Shown: positions 22,151 to 34,956, counted from the whole stretch's first letter. The stretch: DNA of 63,822 nucleotides, filler included, from Saprolegnia diclina VS20 (GCF_000281045.1; 4 parts of 2 records of this genome joined end to end with filler, not necessarily neighbours in it); one strand, 5' to 3'. Numbers and translations: made by a program. Notes: generated from the sequence alone by a model not told the origin.

Positions 22151-25100
22151 CTATGACGTGCTCGCGTGGACGCGTGCCTCAAAGAACGCGAGCGCATCGT
22201 CCCATAGCTCGATCGGAAGACGCTCGGCGACATGCACCCACGCTTCAATCTGCACGTTGCCTACGCAAGTGTCATCGTCGTATATATGAAGAAGACACCA
22301 TACCAGACGGCCAAGCGTGGACGTCCATGGCTTGTTGTGAGCTTTTGAGCCGTCGGAGGTAGGCGACGAGGAGCATGCAGTGGACGTCGGTCTCGAGAAT
22401 GACGCTGTTGTCGGCCTCACCGTCGCAAATGGCAATCAGCGTCGGGAACAGCGCGTCCTTGAACCTACTCGATGGTATCCGCGTTGGTTCATTCGGTATA
22501 CATTGCTGCCAACCAACGCGTACCGGGGTTCGCAAAAGAAGGCAAACGGCAGGTTGGTGAGGCGCTGGATCATGCTCACGTGGCCCCAGCGCAGCGTTTC
22601 TTGGTGGGATGCGTGGCGCAGCGCATAGTGTCCAAGCAGCACGACGATTTGCACGACGAGGTCGTCGAGGCACCGGTCCGTTTGGTGCTTGTTGAGGACG
22701 CTCGCGACCAGATGGAGAAACGTCGGTTGGTTGAGCGGCGACCCGAGGGTGTCTTGGAACCAAACGAGGTCGAGACGCGCAATGTTGTTGAGCACGTGAA
22801 GCACGAGGGTCGCAAAGGCGACGCTGCTCGGCGTGACGCTGCTCTCGTGGCAGTCGTGGAAGAGCTGGAGCGGAAACCAGCTCACGAGCGCGGCGACGAT
22901 CCCGACCAGCCCCGTGCTCTTGAGGATCTTGACGAGCGGCAGTCGGAGGTCGGCCATCGACACCACAAGCGTCTTGGTGCACGTCGTTGTAAGCGCAGCG
23001 AGAAAGTGCACGCACGACACGAGCAACCGGAAGCTCTCGTCGCCCTCGGCCGGTGGGATGGGCACTTGGGCCAGCTTGTCGACGATGCGAAACAGAATGC
23101 CCGAATTGACAATGTACCTAGGGTTCGCATCATGATAAACTCGATGGTAAGCGAAAACGACGGTACCGGATAATGTCTTGGCGCACCATGTCCATCTTGG
23201 GCGACGACGGGCTCACGAGCGTCATGGCGACCGCAGGAAACGCCCAAAGCAGCACCGTGTGGCGGCCGTTGTCGTCGGTCACGGTCAAGCCCCAACGCAA
23301 GACGTCGACAAGCGGCAAGACGAGGTTCTCGGCCAGAAGGCACTCGACGTTCGTGCGCTGGCCGCCGCACACGAGCAAAAGCACGCGGAGCGCATTGACC
23401 ATCGTCTCGACGTTGCCGCTGCGCTGTGCGTGGGTCAGCGCGCGGACCGTCAGCGTCAGGCCGCGCAGTTTGCGAAAGAGGTGAAGCGCTGCGTCGCCGT
23501 CGGTTGTCGCCTGCAGGAACCGCGAGACGTCTCCCAGTGCCTGGTCCACGTCACTCTATTTCGCCACATGTGAGAGGCTGGTTGTATGGCCAAAAGAACG
23601 TACCGGCGATGACAGGCATTGCACGAGACCTTCGACTTGCGCGGCGAGCGTTGGTGCGTGCGCCGGCACGGGACCTTGGAACCCATGCTTTGTGTGTGCC
23701 TTCATGCGGTCGCGTAGGCGCTGAGCATTTTTGTTCATCGTTCGCGCCATGCTCGTCTCGAGCGAGAGCAAGTGCTGCGCCATCTTCTCTTGCGGGTGCG
23801 AGCTTCGAGGACGCCGCGGCTTTTTGGCTTGCTGGTACGAGAGCCGGCGCGCTTGGACACCTTCGTGGCGTCGCTGAATGTCGTGGATCTTTTGATTCAG
23901 CGACGCTTCCTTGGCTTTGGCCAGCGCTCGGATGCTCTCGGCCTACATGGGGTTTACAGAGTAGCATTAGCAGCTCAGTAAGGTCATTCGGGAGATTACC
24001 TTGAGACTTGCCTTCTTTTTGATTTCATCCAGAACCGTCTCGCGGCGCGAGGCCACGTGGTCGAGGCGTTGTTGCAGCTGCACATAGCGACAGAGCGTTA
24101 GTTGAGTGACATTGTCGAGTGCGTACTTCGATCTTGCGGTCTTGGTGGATCATGCTTTGTATAAAGTTGATTTCGTCGACTTTGGTGTTTTCCGATCCGG
24201 CTTTTGTGACGATCCAGCGCAAATGGGCTTCCTTGAGCCGATCCGCGCGGTCCAGTTTCGCCCACATGAGTTGCTACAGGCACTCTATGAGACGAAATGC
24301 TACGACTATAGAATCAACCTCTTGTTTCTTGCGCGACGAAGCATTGCGCGACGTGACGTGCTGCATGCGCTCGGCCGCCAGTCGAATGCGCGACAACTAC
24401 CGTTGGGTGTGCCAAATGTTGAAGAGAGGGAGGAAGAGACGTACCCGCGCCGACTCGATCGCGTGCTTGTTGGCCGTGACAGTGTCGAGCCGCTGCTCCG
24501 AGAGAAGCTTTGTCTCGGACGGCGACCGCTTTGGCTTGCGTGGCAAGCTGAGCTTGGGCTGGAACTTTGGCGACGATGCGGGCGCTCTACGGTGCTCATG
24601 AGACTTCGAATGCAACATCTCGACCATACGGGACGGGCCGGGGCTTGGCTTTAGAGCGCTGGTCGGACCCGTTGGACGACGTACTGTTGCGACGATGGTG
24701 GTGGTGCGTCGACTTGGGCGTCGACCGCGGGTACACTTTTGCCATGTGCTCGAGCGCCTTGGCGACTGTGGGCTTGTCTGCGTTGGAGCCTTTCTTGACT
24801 TCCCATGCCAGCGACTTTTGGGTCGAGCTCTTGGTCTGCATCTGAATGAGCTCGAGGAGCTGCGACGCATGAGGCGACGCTACGAAGAGGGAATATGGAC
24901 CGTACCTTGATAAAGTCATCTTGGCAGGCTTGGAGGACCCGCGCCGCGTCTTCACAGCGAGACGGGATGCTCTCGAGCTCGCACATGCAGTAGAGCTCGT
25001 CAACCGCGCTGGATCGGCATGAGCACGCATCAGCATGGAGCGCGTACCTATTGACGTTGCGCACGAGGTACTCCCAGAGCCGCTGCTTGAAGGAGACGCG

Positions 25101-25426
25101 GCCCATCTCTTCGTCGTCGTCGTCGTCGTGGGCGCCAACATCGTCCTCCTCGACCTGTTCAACGTCATCGTCGGGCTTGTCTTCGTCGTCGCTTCCATAT
25201 ACGTTCTCTACCGTGCATGATTGCATCGCATGCATGGCATCCACGCTGGCGTACCTCGACTCGGGCTCGGACAGGCATCCTCCTCCCTCGCATCGTCATG
25301 CTCGTCGTCGTCGACCTCCTTCTCGTCGTGTTCCTGGTCGTTGTCCATCGCGGGATGTATCGCTTCGAGCTTCATCGAGGGCGCGCTCCTCATGGCCTTG
25401 ATCCGCGCTCCGTCGGTCTCGAGCAT
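22151..25426 (-). CDS. SCAPER: SCAPER homolog (S-phase cyclin A-associated protein in the ER), multi-exon
   Basis: SCAPER_N-like RLWEYLVRNVN.AVDELYCMCELES...DDF...KSLAWEVKK, a coiled-coil with ENTKVDEINFI, and C-terminal LTNLPFAFFCEPRFKDALFPTLIA...RLPIELWDDALAFF. Confidence 0.85.
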
Positions 25427-25587
25427 GGCGGCGTCTAGGTTCAAGGAGATGCGACAGTGGCGCCGGCCGATGAAGTGATGCGCCGGTTCGCGGATCTGTA
25501 GCTCGCGAACCTTCAGCAATTTATATTCATTTTCGCGGGCTTTCGATCTTTATTTCTTCCGTCGAACCAGCCTGCGCCATCAGCAGC

Positions 25588-26724
25588 ATGTCGACGATCG
25601 ACATCAAGCTCGCGCGCGTCGACCGCGTCTACCGGCCCCATGTACGCATGGCCCTTGGCCCAACGCTTGAGGTCCATGCTGCCTGCGTAGGAGCTCGTCC
25701 AGGGCCATGTCATCATCCATGCGACCAACGCGTTCGCCCACCAAGGGATCAGCATGCGCGTCGAGGGCAGCGCCAAGCTCCAGCTCAGCGCCAAGAGCGT
25801 CGGGCTCTTCGAGGCCTTTTACAATACGGTCGCGCCGCTCGAGCTTGTCTACTTCCACATCCCGATCATCGGACCCGGCAAGGTCCCGGTGGGCATCACC
25901 AAGGTGCCATTTGAGTTTGAGCTCCTCGGCGCCAACCCCAAGCAGTGCTTTGTCGAGACGTACCATGGCGTGTACGTCAGCGTCAAGTACGAGATCATGT
26001 GCGACTGCGTCCGCGGCCTCATGAAGAAAAACCTCCACAAGACGCTCGAGTTCATCGTCGAGGTCCCGCTGCGCGACGCGCTGCCCGACGCACCAGAAGA
26101 ATTTACCATCACGCCCGACAAGATCGAGAACCTCCGCGTCCGCGTCCACGTCCATGTCCATCATCTCATCTACAAATTCATTAGAACACGATGCGCAATA
26201 TCCCGTCCTTCCGCATCTCGGGGCGCATCCATCGGACCAACTGCCCCGTCAACATGCCGTTCACGGGCGAGATCACGGTCGAAGCAGCATCCGCGCCCAT
26301 CAAGAGCGTCGAGCTCCAACTCATCCGCGTCGAGAGCGTGGGTACGAACCCAGCCCATATCTATGGCATCGACGCAAGCTCATGCATGATGCCTCTAGTG
26401 CACGCCGAAGGAATCGCCCGGGATGGTACATGCGACCGCATTGCTTGCGCCTGAATATGAGCCTCGACTACGTAGCGACCGAGATCCAGAACGTCCAGAT
26501 TGGCTGGGGCAACGTGACGCACCAGGTAGCGATCCCGATCTACATGATCTTCCCGCGCTTGTTTACGTGTCCGTCCATGCTCACGCCAGGTCCGTCCGCG
26601 TCGACTGCGCGTCTTGGTATGACTGCGTGTAGGCTTCAAGGTGCAGTTCGAGGTCAACGTTGTCGTGCTCTTTGAAGACGGCTACATGATCACCGAGAAC
26701 TTTCCTATTCATCTCTACCGTTAG
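25588..26724 (+). CDS. VPS26C: VPS26C/DSCR3 (Retriever complex subunit), multi-exon
   Basis: IDIKLARVDRVY, HQGISMRVEGSAKLQLSAKSVGLFEAFYN, ETYHGVYVSVKY, IKSVELQLIRVES, ATEIQNVQI, FPRLFTCP, ITENFPI. Confidence 0.93.
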
Positions 26725-26779
26725 CCCCGTAAGCCTCTGCGAAACATCATCTTCTTGTATTACGTGGAGGGGCTTACGA

Positions 26780-28488
26780 CTACTGCGCCGTCCAGTTCAT
26801 CATGAGCGACGCATTCTCGAGCTGCGCGTCACAGATGCGCGTCGTCGTGTCAAACGCAACCGCCTTGGGCGGGTACGCCGACCGCAGTTCAAACTCGCGC
26901 GTCTGGGCCTCGGGAATCTACGCACGCAAGATAAGCCCATCCCTCTCTAGATACTACTCCATTACTTCGTGGCGCACAAAGCGCCAGAGCAGCTCGAGCG
27001 GGTCGGTTTTCTGGAAGCGACGCAAGAGCCGGCCGCCCGTCGCTGTTCGGATCTGAATGCGTGTCACCGACGGACCATCTAGCACCAGAGTCAAGTGAGC
27101 CATGGCTGCTCAAGATACAAGCGTCCGTCGCACCCGCAGGCTCGTCGGGCATGGAAGCCAAGACTGGTGGTGCGGCGACGACCGAGGGCTTCTCCTCAAT
27201 GACCATATCGTCGTCGTCGTCGTCGCTGTCTTCATTATCGCCGCCTTCGAGGGACGCCGCAATCGCTGCGGCCAACTGCTCCTCTTCCGAGGCATCGTAC
27301 AAGCTCGTCGCACGGGCCGGCGGTGCGGGCGCCTACGTCGTCGGATCAGGATGCATGCTCGCTCGGCCGATCGTCTTACGGCTTGCGCTTGCGGGCGCGC
27401 GGGTGGCGTGGTCTCCATGCTGTTCAGGCAGCAAAAGTCCGAGACTAGCGACCATCAGCATACATAAGTTGTGAGAGCGCTCCACGTACGCTTCTCCGTC
27501 ATGGTGCCGGGTTCGATAAAGTTGTGCCATTCCACGAGCTTCTGGCCCGTGCGCGGATCGAGAATGCACACGATGGGCAAGAGGCCTTCGTCCACTTGGT
27601 ACAAGGCGCAAAACTTCTTGCCGTGTTCATTGTTGGCGGGCGTCTAAGAGATACGATCCATCGTCCCGTCTTTTCTCCAGTTGATGTTACCTGCCAAAAG
27701 ACAAAGCCGCTCGCGACCAGGTTCTGGACAAGGTCGTCGCTCCACGTGTCGCGGTTGAGCATGAGGCTCGCAAAGACCGTCTCGTCCTGGATGTTGACGA
27801 GGAGCCACTTTTGCTGCTCGGTCGCATGGCGACGGGCCTACACATGCATATGCATCATGAACGTCCGATACTGCATGGAGTAAGACACGTACATCGGCAA
27901 AGGAGCCGTGAAACATGAGGCTTGTCGGGGGCTGGAAGAGCTGCGAGAGGTTTTGCGGGTCGCGCTGGGACGGGGCGTCTATAGCCACACGCTCCATCAT
28001 CCATCTATCATCCCGAGAAGCTTGCGTACCGCTGTCGGCTTGGCGCGACGAGTTCATGTGCTGCGCGAGGCGCTCGATGCTCTCCTGGGCAAAGTCCTGC
28101 TGCACCAAGCCGTGCGCGTTGAGGCCGCCGCCCGACGTAAAGTCGTTGTAGCGCGAGACGTTGACGGGGCGGGTAAAGAACTGCGGCGCCGGGAACATGC
28201 GAGGTGAGTCGTACGGGTCGCCGCCTACGAGGCGCTGTCGCTTGGCTGCGTCGGGTGCGCGGACGTCGTCGTCGCCGTACGGAGCCGACGCTTGGCCGGA
28301 CGCGGCGCCGCTCCCCCCGCTCTCCATGAAGAGGTTGACGGCCTCTTCCACGTGCCAGTTGGTGATGTCGAGGTACTGCTGCGCGGTCCCGGCGTCGGCC
28401 CCCGTGATGGCCATGAAGCTAGAGGAAGACGATACGCATGGTGAGGAAGGGGGAGATGCATCTACTTGGTCAGCGCTTCTTCGTTCAT
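26780..28488 (-). CDS. UBXN7: UBX domain protein, UBXN7/Ubx5 type (UBA-like, UAS, UIM, UBX), multi-exon
   Basis: NFMAITGA...AQQYL..TNWHVEEAVNLF; LF.PP..LMFHGSF; KWLLVNIQD...LNRDTWS; UIM SEEEQLAAAIAASL; UBX IQIR...RRF.KTD...FELRSAYPP. Confidence 0.88.
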
Positions 28489-29254
28489 GCTCCTTGGTCG
28501 GTTCTGTGGATTTCGAGCACTGGCCAACGCTCCGATGGGCGTCGCGGAATGCAGGTCGTTTTTAATACAATCCCATGGATCTTGCGATTCTTTCACATTA
28601 AATTTATGTTCTCTCTACNNNNNNNNNNNNNNNNNNNNNNNNNNNNNNNNNNNNNNNNNNNNNNNNNNNNNNNNNNNNNNNNNNNNNNNNNNNNNNNNNN
28701 NNNNNNNNNNNNNNNNNNNNNNNNNNNNNNNNNNNNNNNNNNNNNNNNNNNNNNNNNNNNNNNNNNNNNNNNNNNNNNNNNNNNNNNNNNNNNNNNNNNN
28801 NNNNNNNNNNNNNNNNNNNNNNNNNNNNNNNNNNNNNNNNNNNNNNNNNNNNNNNNNNNNNNNNNNNNNNNNNNNNNNNNNNNNNNNNNNNNNNNNNNNN
28901 NNNNNNNNNNNNNNNNNNNNNNNNNNNNNNNNNNNNNNNNNNNNNNNNNNNNNNNNNNNNNNNNNNNNNNNNNNNNNNNNNNNNNNNNNNNNNNNNNNNN
29001 NNNNNNNNNNNNNNNNNNNNNNNNNNNNNNNNNNNNNNNNNNNNNNNNNNNNNNNNNNNNNNNNNNNNNNNNNNNNNNNNNNNNNNNNNNNNNNNNNNNN
29101 NNNNNNNNNNNNNNNNNNNNNNNNNNNNNNNNNNNNNNNNNNNNNNNNNNNNNNNNNNNNNNNNNNTGCAGGGTCCCTCGGCAGGCGGTGGTTGCAGCTT
29201 CGCTCGGGGGTGGCCTATAAGATAATGTGGGAGAGACGAGCGATACAAGTGCAT

Positions 29255-30532
29255 TCAATGCATATACATAGGGCTGCGCGACGCGCTTTCTTCGACTTTG
29301 GCAAACTACACACAGCGCGCAGTACAATACGAGACATATAGAATGCACCGTCTTCAAGTAGGTGAAGATGACCTTGGCGCACTTGGAACGGAGCCGGATA
29401 GAGTGGAGGCCGAGGCCCGAGCACACCTTGAACAAGGCATCGCCCGCATAGTGTTCACGAACACCAGCGGGCGACACGACACCAGCGGCGCGTAAATCCG
29501 CAAGAACCTAAGAAGCCGTCTGTCTAAATATCCGAGTACGCGATGATGGAGCATCCCTACCGTAGCCGGGTCAAGCGGCGGGGCGACGGGCTTCTTGGGC
29601 GACTTGCCCTTCGCTTTCTTCGCGCTCTTGCCCTACGATACCGCTAAGAGCATGGACAACGAGGCTTCCCTACCTTGCTTGGCGTGTTGAGCGCTGGTGG
29701 CTGGCCCTTCTTGGGCGTCATCGACCGGGTTGTCATCTGGAACCAAGCTTAAGCATGCATACGTACGTGCGGGTAGTTGACGTACCTTGTGCATCCCCGT
29801 GTTCATCATCGCGTCCACTGTCGCGTCCATTGCTGTGTCCGTCATGGACCACGTTGTCATCTAGTACCAAACATAAGCATGTGTCCACGCAGGCAGTCGC
29901 CGTACCTTGCACGTCGCCGCGTCCATCGTCCCGTCCATCGCTGCGGATCGTGTAGCCATGCTTGGTTCTCCACGGTGTGGGCGGCAGTTGCGACGTCCGG
30001 TGTCATTTCACGGCCCGAGACGGGGTCGAGTCATGCCTTGCGCACGAGGTTGGCATGGTGCTCGAAACCGGCAGCTGGAAGAAGGTCCCGGACGCCGTTA
30101 GTAAACCAGAATTCCGCCACGTATCTGCAAATCGTGGGTGCCGGGAGCTAGCACTCGATCGGTGGCTGCCGTCTTGACGCCCTTCAACAAGCCAGAGAAC
30201 GCCAAGTAGTGGCCAAGAAGGGCAGCGCCACCGCTTGCACCAACTTGGTCGTCCGAAGGCGCAGCGTCCACGGCCGAGACCTCGCAGCTCATCTGCGCCA
30301 GCATCTTGTCAAGAACGGGGAGGCGCTGGAGCAGCATCGTCGAGTCGAGGAGCTTGCTCTGGTCCACGACCCAGTGCTGCAAGCCCAGTGCAGTCTTGTT
30401 GAACTGCTCTACCGCGAGGTTGATCACATCTTCCTCGGTCGTCATGAGGGCGTCTTGGAGGTGCACGGAGCTCTCGGTCGCTTGGCGGAGCGTCTCGGTG
30501 AGGTCACCCTCGTCCTTGGTCGCGGAGCTCAT
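29255..30532 (-). CDS. Hypothetical multi-exon protein
   Basis: Coding-like first exon (MSSATKDEGD...) and several short exons bounded by GT/AG introns ending FAKVEESASRSPMYMH*. No family recognised; exon joins uncertain. Confidence 0.5.
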
Positions 30533-30985
30533 GGAGCGTTCGTACCAAGTATTACACTGTAGCCGGCGCAGAAAATCCGATTGTGAAATGATTCAGGTAG
30601 ACTTGACGTCTGATTGGCGAAAAATCTTGCATCGAATGCATCGAGAACAGTGTTTGAACCGGCTCATAAATTAGTCACCCCTGTGCGGGTTCCTCGGGGT
30701 ATCCAGTCGAGCCTTGGATAAGGACGCAGTCGTAAGCCTTCTCGGCTACATGTAGTCTCCAGGTGCTTTGGAGTGAACGATCGCGGTGGAGATAGCTGAT
30801 GGAGATGTTAACGAAGGAGTGCGGTGATGACGTCGTCGCTTTCATTGCACGGCAGCATCCGGATAACATCCGCCAATCATCTATCACCTGGCTTGCATCT
30901 CGGCCAATCACATGCGACTGGTGGTACTTAGTACTGATAGCCATGGCGCTTCCGTCAACAGCTTCCTTCTTCCGACGTCGCCCTC

Positions 30986-32123
30986 ATGGTGCTCCAGCTG
31001 CTCAAGCAGACCAAAAGCTTTGGCGGCCTCGTCCAGCACTTTGCGCATGAGAGCACAGCGACGCGGTCGCGCATGCAGCTCTCGGTCTTCCTGCCACCCA
31101 ATGCGTCATTGATGGCCAAGGTGCCGGCCCTCGTCTTCTTGGCGGGCGCCGCCCGCGACGAGCACACGCTCATGACCTTTGGCGGTCCGCAGCGCATCGC
31201 AGCAGCCTACGGCATCGCCCTCATTGCGCCCGATACTAGGTACCGAATGCAAACAACCTGTCCTGTGGTTGACGACAATGCTAGTCCGCGGGTCAAGCGC
31301 GGCGCGAGCCATTGGTGCTACGGCCCAGGTTCTCTCACAGTTATGTATCCGTTCTCAAGTCAAGTGGCGTAGGTGCAAGCTGGTATGTGGACGCGACCGA
31401 GCCGCGCTGGGCCGACAACTATCAAATGTACTCGTACATCACCAAGGAGCTGCCGACGCTTCTAAACGCGCAGCTGCCCATTGCGCAAGACAAGTACTCG
31501 ATCATGGGTCACTCGATGGGCGGTCACGGCGCGCTCATGCTAGCGCTCAAGAACCCTGTATGTTACTCGTGGCATGCAGCGTACAGCGAGATGGAACGGA
31601 CGGTTGTGTAGGAACTATACCACTCGGTGTCGGCGCTCGCGCCCGCCAGCAGCACGATCCGGAGCTCGTATGGTGCCAAGGCGCTTCAAATGTATCTGGG
31701 CGATGACGTGGCAGCGTGGAAGGTCTTCGTAATGTCCACGAGTTGCACTGCAACGGTTTCGTAGGCGTGGGATGCGACCGAACTCGTGCTGGCCAACGGA
31801 CCCGTCTCGAAATACAACATTTTGATCGACCTTGGCGCGGACGACGAGTTCTGGCACGACGACGTCCAGCTGCATCCCGAAGCTTTCGAGGTCCACCGCT
31901 GATTCAAGGACAGTGCGGAAGATGACGTTTGGGTGTAGGCGGCGTGCAACCAGGTCGGCCAACGCCTCACCTTTCGAGCCCAGGTACCTTGAAAGAGTCT
32001 CTGTCTTGTTGTTTATGAATCATTCAATAGGATGGCTATGACCACTCGTGGGACTTTGCCGCCACGTTCATGGAAGACCATATCCGCCACCATGTCGAAG
32101 CGCTGCACTCGGCTTCGTCGTAG
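30986..32123 (+). CDS. ESD: S-formylglutathione hydrolase / esterase D family (divergent), multi-exon
   Basis: KSFGG..HFAHES, IALIAPDTSPR, GVGASWYVDATEP.W..NYQMYSYITKELP, GHSMGGHGAL, ILIDLGADDEF, GYDHSW..ATFMEDHIRHH. Confidence 0.9.
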
Positions 32124-32389
32124 AACCTCCATCTTTGCACACAATCCCAGCTGCAATTGTATCACGCAGCATACATGCTACGAAATACACTAGAAAATAG
32201 CCTAAATGTGGAATGTTTCGTAAAGAACAACTAGAAGCTCATTTTCATATAGATCTTCAACGTGTTGGCTGCATCATGGTCGACCGCTTGCGTCTGTTTT
32301 TGCGAGACTGACAATCTCATCTTCGTCTCACGAAGAGCACAATGAGCCATACATGGAGGTTAGAATTCGAAAAAGCTACGGTGTCGCGC

Positions 32390-33136
32390 TTAGAATGATG
32401 TCACGTGCACGGTCTTGCCCGCGCACGAGTCTTGTTTTTGCCATCCTGGCGGGCACGCGATCGCGTCCGTAGGTCCATAGCTCGGGTCCGACGTCGCATG
32501 CAAGTCGGGTTGGGCCTTCCCGTAGCACGTCAAGACGCGAGCGAGGTCGTCTCCATGACAGATCAAAACGGGCGCCGCGCCCGTTGCCGTCGTGAGCGCC
32601 GAGCGCAGAGCCACCGTGTCGACCGCGTCGCCAACGTGGTCACTCAAGATCGACGGCGTCCCGAGCGCAATCGTGAGGTCGACAATCTTTTGCAAGTAGG
32701 CGCCTTGGTGCAAGCCGCCGCACGTCCACGCATACTCGGGCGTGTTGCCGTCAAAGCCGCCCGACCACATGGCACTGGCGTCGGTCGCCTCGGGGTTGGG
32801 CCAGTACTGCGCGAGCTTGTCTTGGCCGACAAGCGCAATGTTGGTGGGACGAAACGTGCCGTACTCGTAGCGGCACAAGCCCGACTGCATCGATCCGTCC
32901 TTGTACGCCGGAATCAAGTCGCCCGCGACCAAGTGATTTTTGAGAAAGCTTGGTGGCGCCGCGCAGACCGCTTTCCCGGGCGTCGTGGCGCAAATCTCGG
33001 GATACCACACTCGGGAGAAGACCCACACGTCTTGATCGCCAAACGCCGACGGGTTCGGCACAGCACGCAAGGAAGGGTACGCTGCAGCGATGGCCGCAAT
33101 CGCACTCAGAGACACGAACAGGATCGCGAGCTGCAT
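32390..33136 (-). CDS. Secreted RNase T2-fold protein lacking catalytic histidines
   Basis: Signal peptide MQLAILFVSLSAIAAIAAA; T2-like D.WVFS..W.PE.C...C, L.QYWP, TC, Y..K..DL...TP, VL.C....L..V..C pattern. CAS I reads LVAGDLIP and CAS II reads MWSGGFDGNTPEYAWTC. Confidence 0.7.
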   Translation of the reverse strand: MQLAILFVSLSAIAAIAAAYPSLRAVPNPSAFGDQDVWVFSRVWYPEICATTPGKAVCAAPPSFLKNHLVAGDLIPAYKDGSMQSGLCRYEYGTFRPTNIALVGQDKLAQYWPNPEATDASAMWSGGFDGNTPEYAWTCGGLHQGAYLQKIVDLTIALGTPSILSDHVGDAVDTVALRSALTTATGAAPVLICHGDDLARVLTCYGKAQPDLHATSDPSYGPTDAIACPPGWQKQDSCAGKTVHVTSF

Positions 33137-33495
33137 CGTATCCTTGCCAGGCAACGGTAAGTTCTTATGTGCGATCAATGGACGCTGGCGCTGGAACGAT
33201 AGAAAACTCGACTTTGCCATTTGTTCGAGAGAGAAAGGACGAAACCGTCGGTGCCAGTCAGCCTCGCTGTTGCCGTGCCAAGCCCCGGGTACACGTACTA
33301 GCATGGTTTGGCCTTGATAATAGCTCAGCCCTGTATCGAGCCTAGTGACAAGCGAGCTCTTGCTGTCGAGTAGCGTCTAGGTGCAACGTTCGGCCCGCCG
33401 ACACCACAAAAATACATGTACAAGAGAAGACTGAGTTTAGGAACAATGAAAACAAGAAGAGCGCTACCGCGCCAAGAGACGCGATTCTCTCGCGC

Positions 33496-34215
33496 CTAAT
33501 TGTACACGGGCGGGAACGGCACAATGCGCGTCTCAGCCTCAGTGCACGAGTCGGTACTCGCGATCGCCGTCGGGCAGGCCATGCGCGTCGTGGGCTCGTA
33601 CGTCGGGTCCGTCTCGGTGGCCGACGGCGTACGCTTGGCCCAGCACGTGACGACGCGAGCGAGGTGCTTGCCGTCGCACTGCAAGACAGCGTTGCCTCCA
33701 AACGCGTCCCGAAGCGACAGCGTCGCGACGGTCGACCCTATGTGCGATCGAATCGCGCTCGGCGTGCAGAGGTCTTTGGTCATGTTGACGACCTTCTCGA
33801 GGTACGGGCCTTGGTGCATCCCGCTGCACGTGTACTCATACTCGGGCGTGCCCTTGTCAAAGCTGCCCGTCCACATCGTGTCGACGCTTGGCGCGTCAAA
33901 GTGCGGCCAGTAGTCGCGCAAAGGTCCTTGGCCGACAGCGTGGATATTGGTCTCGAGAAACGTGCCGTACTCGTAGCGACACATGCCGGTTTGGGCGCGC
34001 CCCGAGTCGTAGCTCGGCACGAGCGAGGCTGCGACGAGATGCGACTTCATAAAATCGGTGGGGCTCGCGCACAGAGAACTGGCGTTGTAGCTCGTTGCGC
34101 ATGCCTGCGCGGGCCAAAGCGTTGTAAACACCCACAGGTCTTGGTCGCCCCACTCGGACCACGACGACGCAGCCGCGGACGTAGAAAACGCAAGCAGAAA
34201 GAATGAAGTCTTCAT
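33496..34215 (-). CDS. Secreted RNase T2-fold protein lacking catalytic histidines (tandem paralog)
   Basis: Signal peptide MKTSFFLLAFSTSAAA; colinear with paralog (GDQD.WVF, CRYEYGTF, YWP, TPEY..TC, HQG.YL.K). CAS I reads LVAASLVP. Confidence 0.7.
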   Translation of the reverse strand: MKTSFFLLAFSTSAAASSWSEWGDQDLWVFTTLWPAQACATSYNASSLCASPTDFMKSHLVAASLVPSYDSGRAQTGMCRYEYGTFLETNIHAVGQGPLRDYWPHFDAPSVDTMWTGSFDKGTPEYEYTCSGMHQGPYLEKVVNMTKDLCTPSAIRSHIGSTVATLSLRDAFGGNAVLQCDGKHLARVVTCWAKRTPSATETDPTYEPTTRMACPTAIASTDSCTEAETRIVPFPPVYN

Positions 34216-34956
34216 GGCAAAAGGTAAACTGTTGATGATAGGCGAATCGAGAAACGAGGTGCGCAGAGTCGCGGGCAGTGATGTGATCCAGCGCGGCATC
34301 TGGCTCATCCCAGCCCCACTTTGCATACGATGCAGCTCAGGGACGATCAAAGACGATCGATACGGTNNNNNNNNNNNNNNNNNNNNNNNNNNNNNNNNNN
34401 NNNNNNNNNNNNNNNNNNNNNNNNNNNNNNNNNNNNNNNNNNNNNNNNNNNNNNNNNNNNNNNNNNNNNNNNNNNNNNNNNNNNNNNNNNNNNNNNNNNN
34501 NNNNNNNNNNNNNNNNNNNNNNNNNNNNNNNNNNNNNNNNNNNNNNNNNNNNNNNNNNNNNNNNNNNNNNNNNNNNNNNNNNNNNNNNNNNNNNNNNNNN
34601 NNNNNNNNNNNNNNNNNNNNNNNNNNNNNNNNNNNNNNNNNNNNNNNNNNNNNNNNNNNNNNNNNNNNNNNNNNNNNNNNNNNNNNNNNNNNNNNNNNNN
34701 NNNNNNNNNNNNNNNNNNNNNNNNNNNNNNNNNNNNNNNNNNNNNNNNNNNNNNNNNNNNNNNNNNNNNNNNNNNNNNNNNNNNNNNNNNNNNNNNNNNN
34801 NNNNNNNNNNNNNNNNNNNNNNNNNNNNNNNNNNNNNNNNNNNNNNNNNNNNNNNNNNNNNNNNNNNNNNNNNNNNNNNNNNNNNNNNNNNNNNNNNNNN
34901 NNNNNNNNNNNNNNNNNNNNNNNNNNNNNNNNNNNNNNNNNNNNNNNNNNNNNNNN

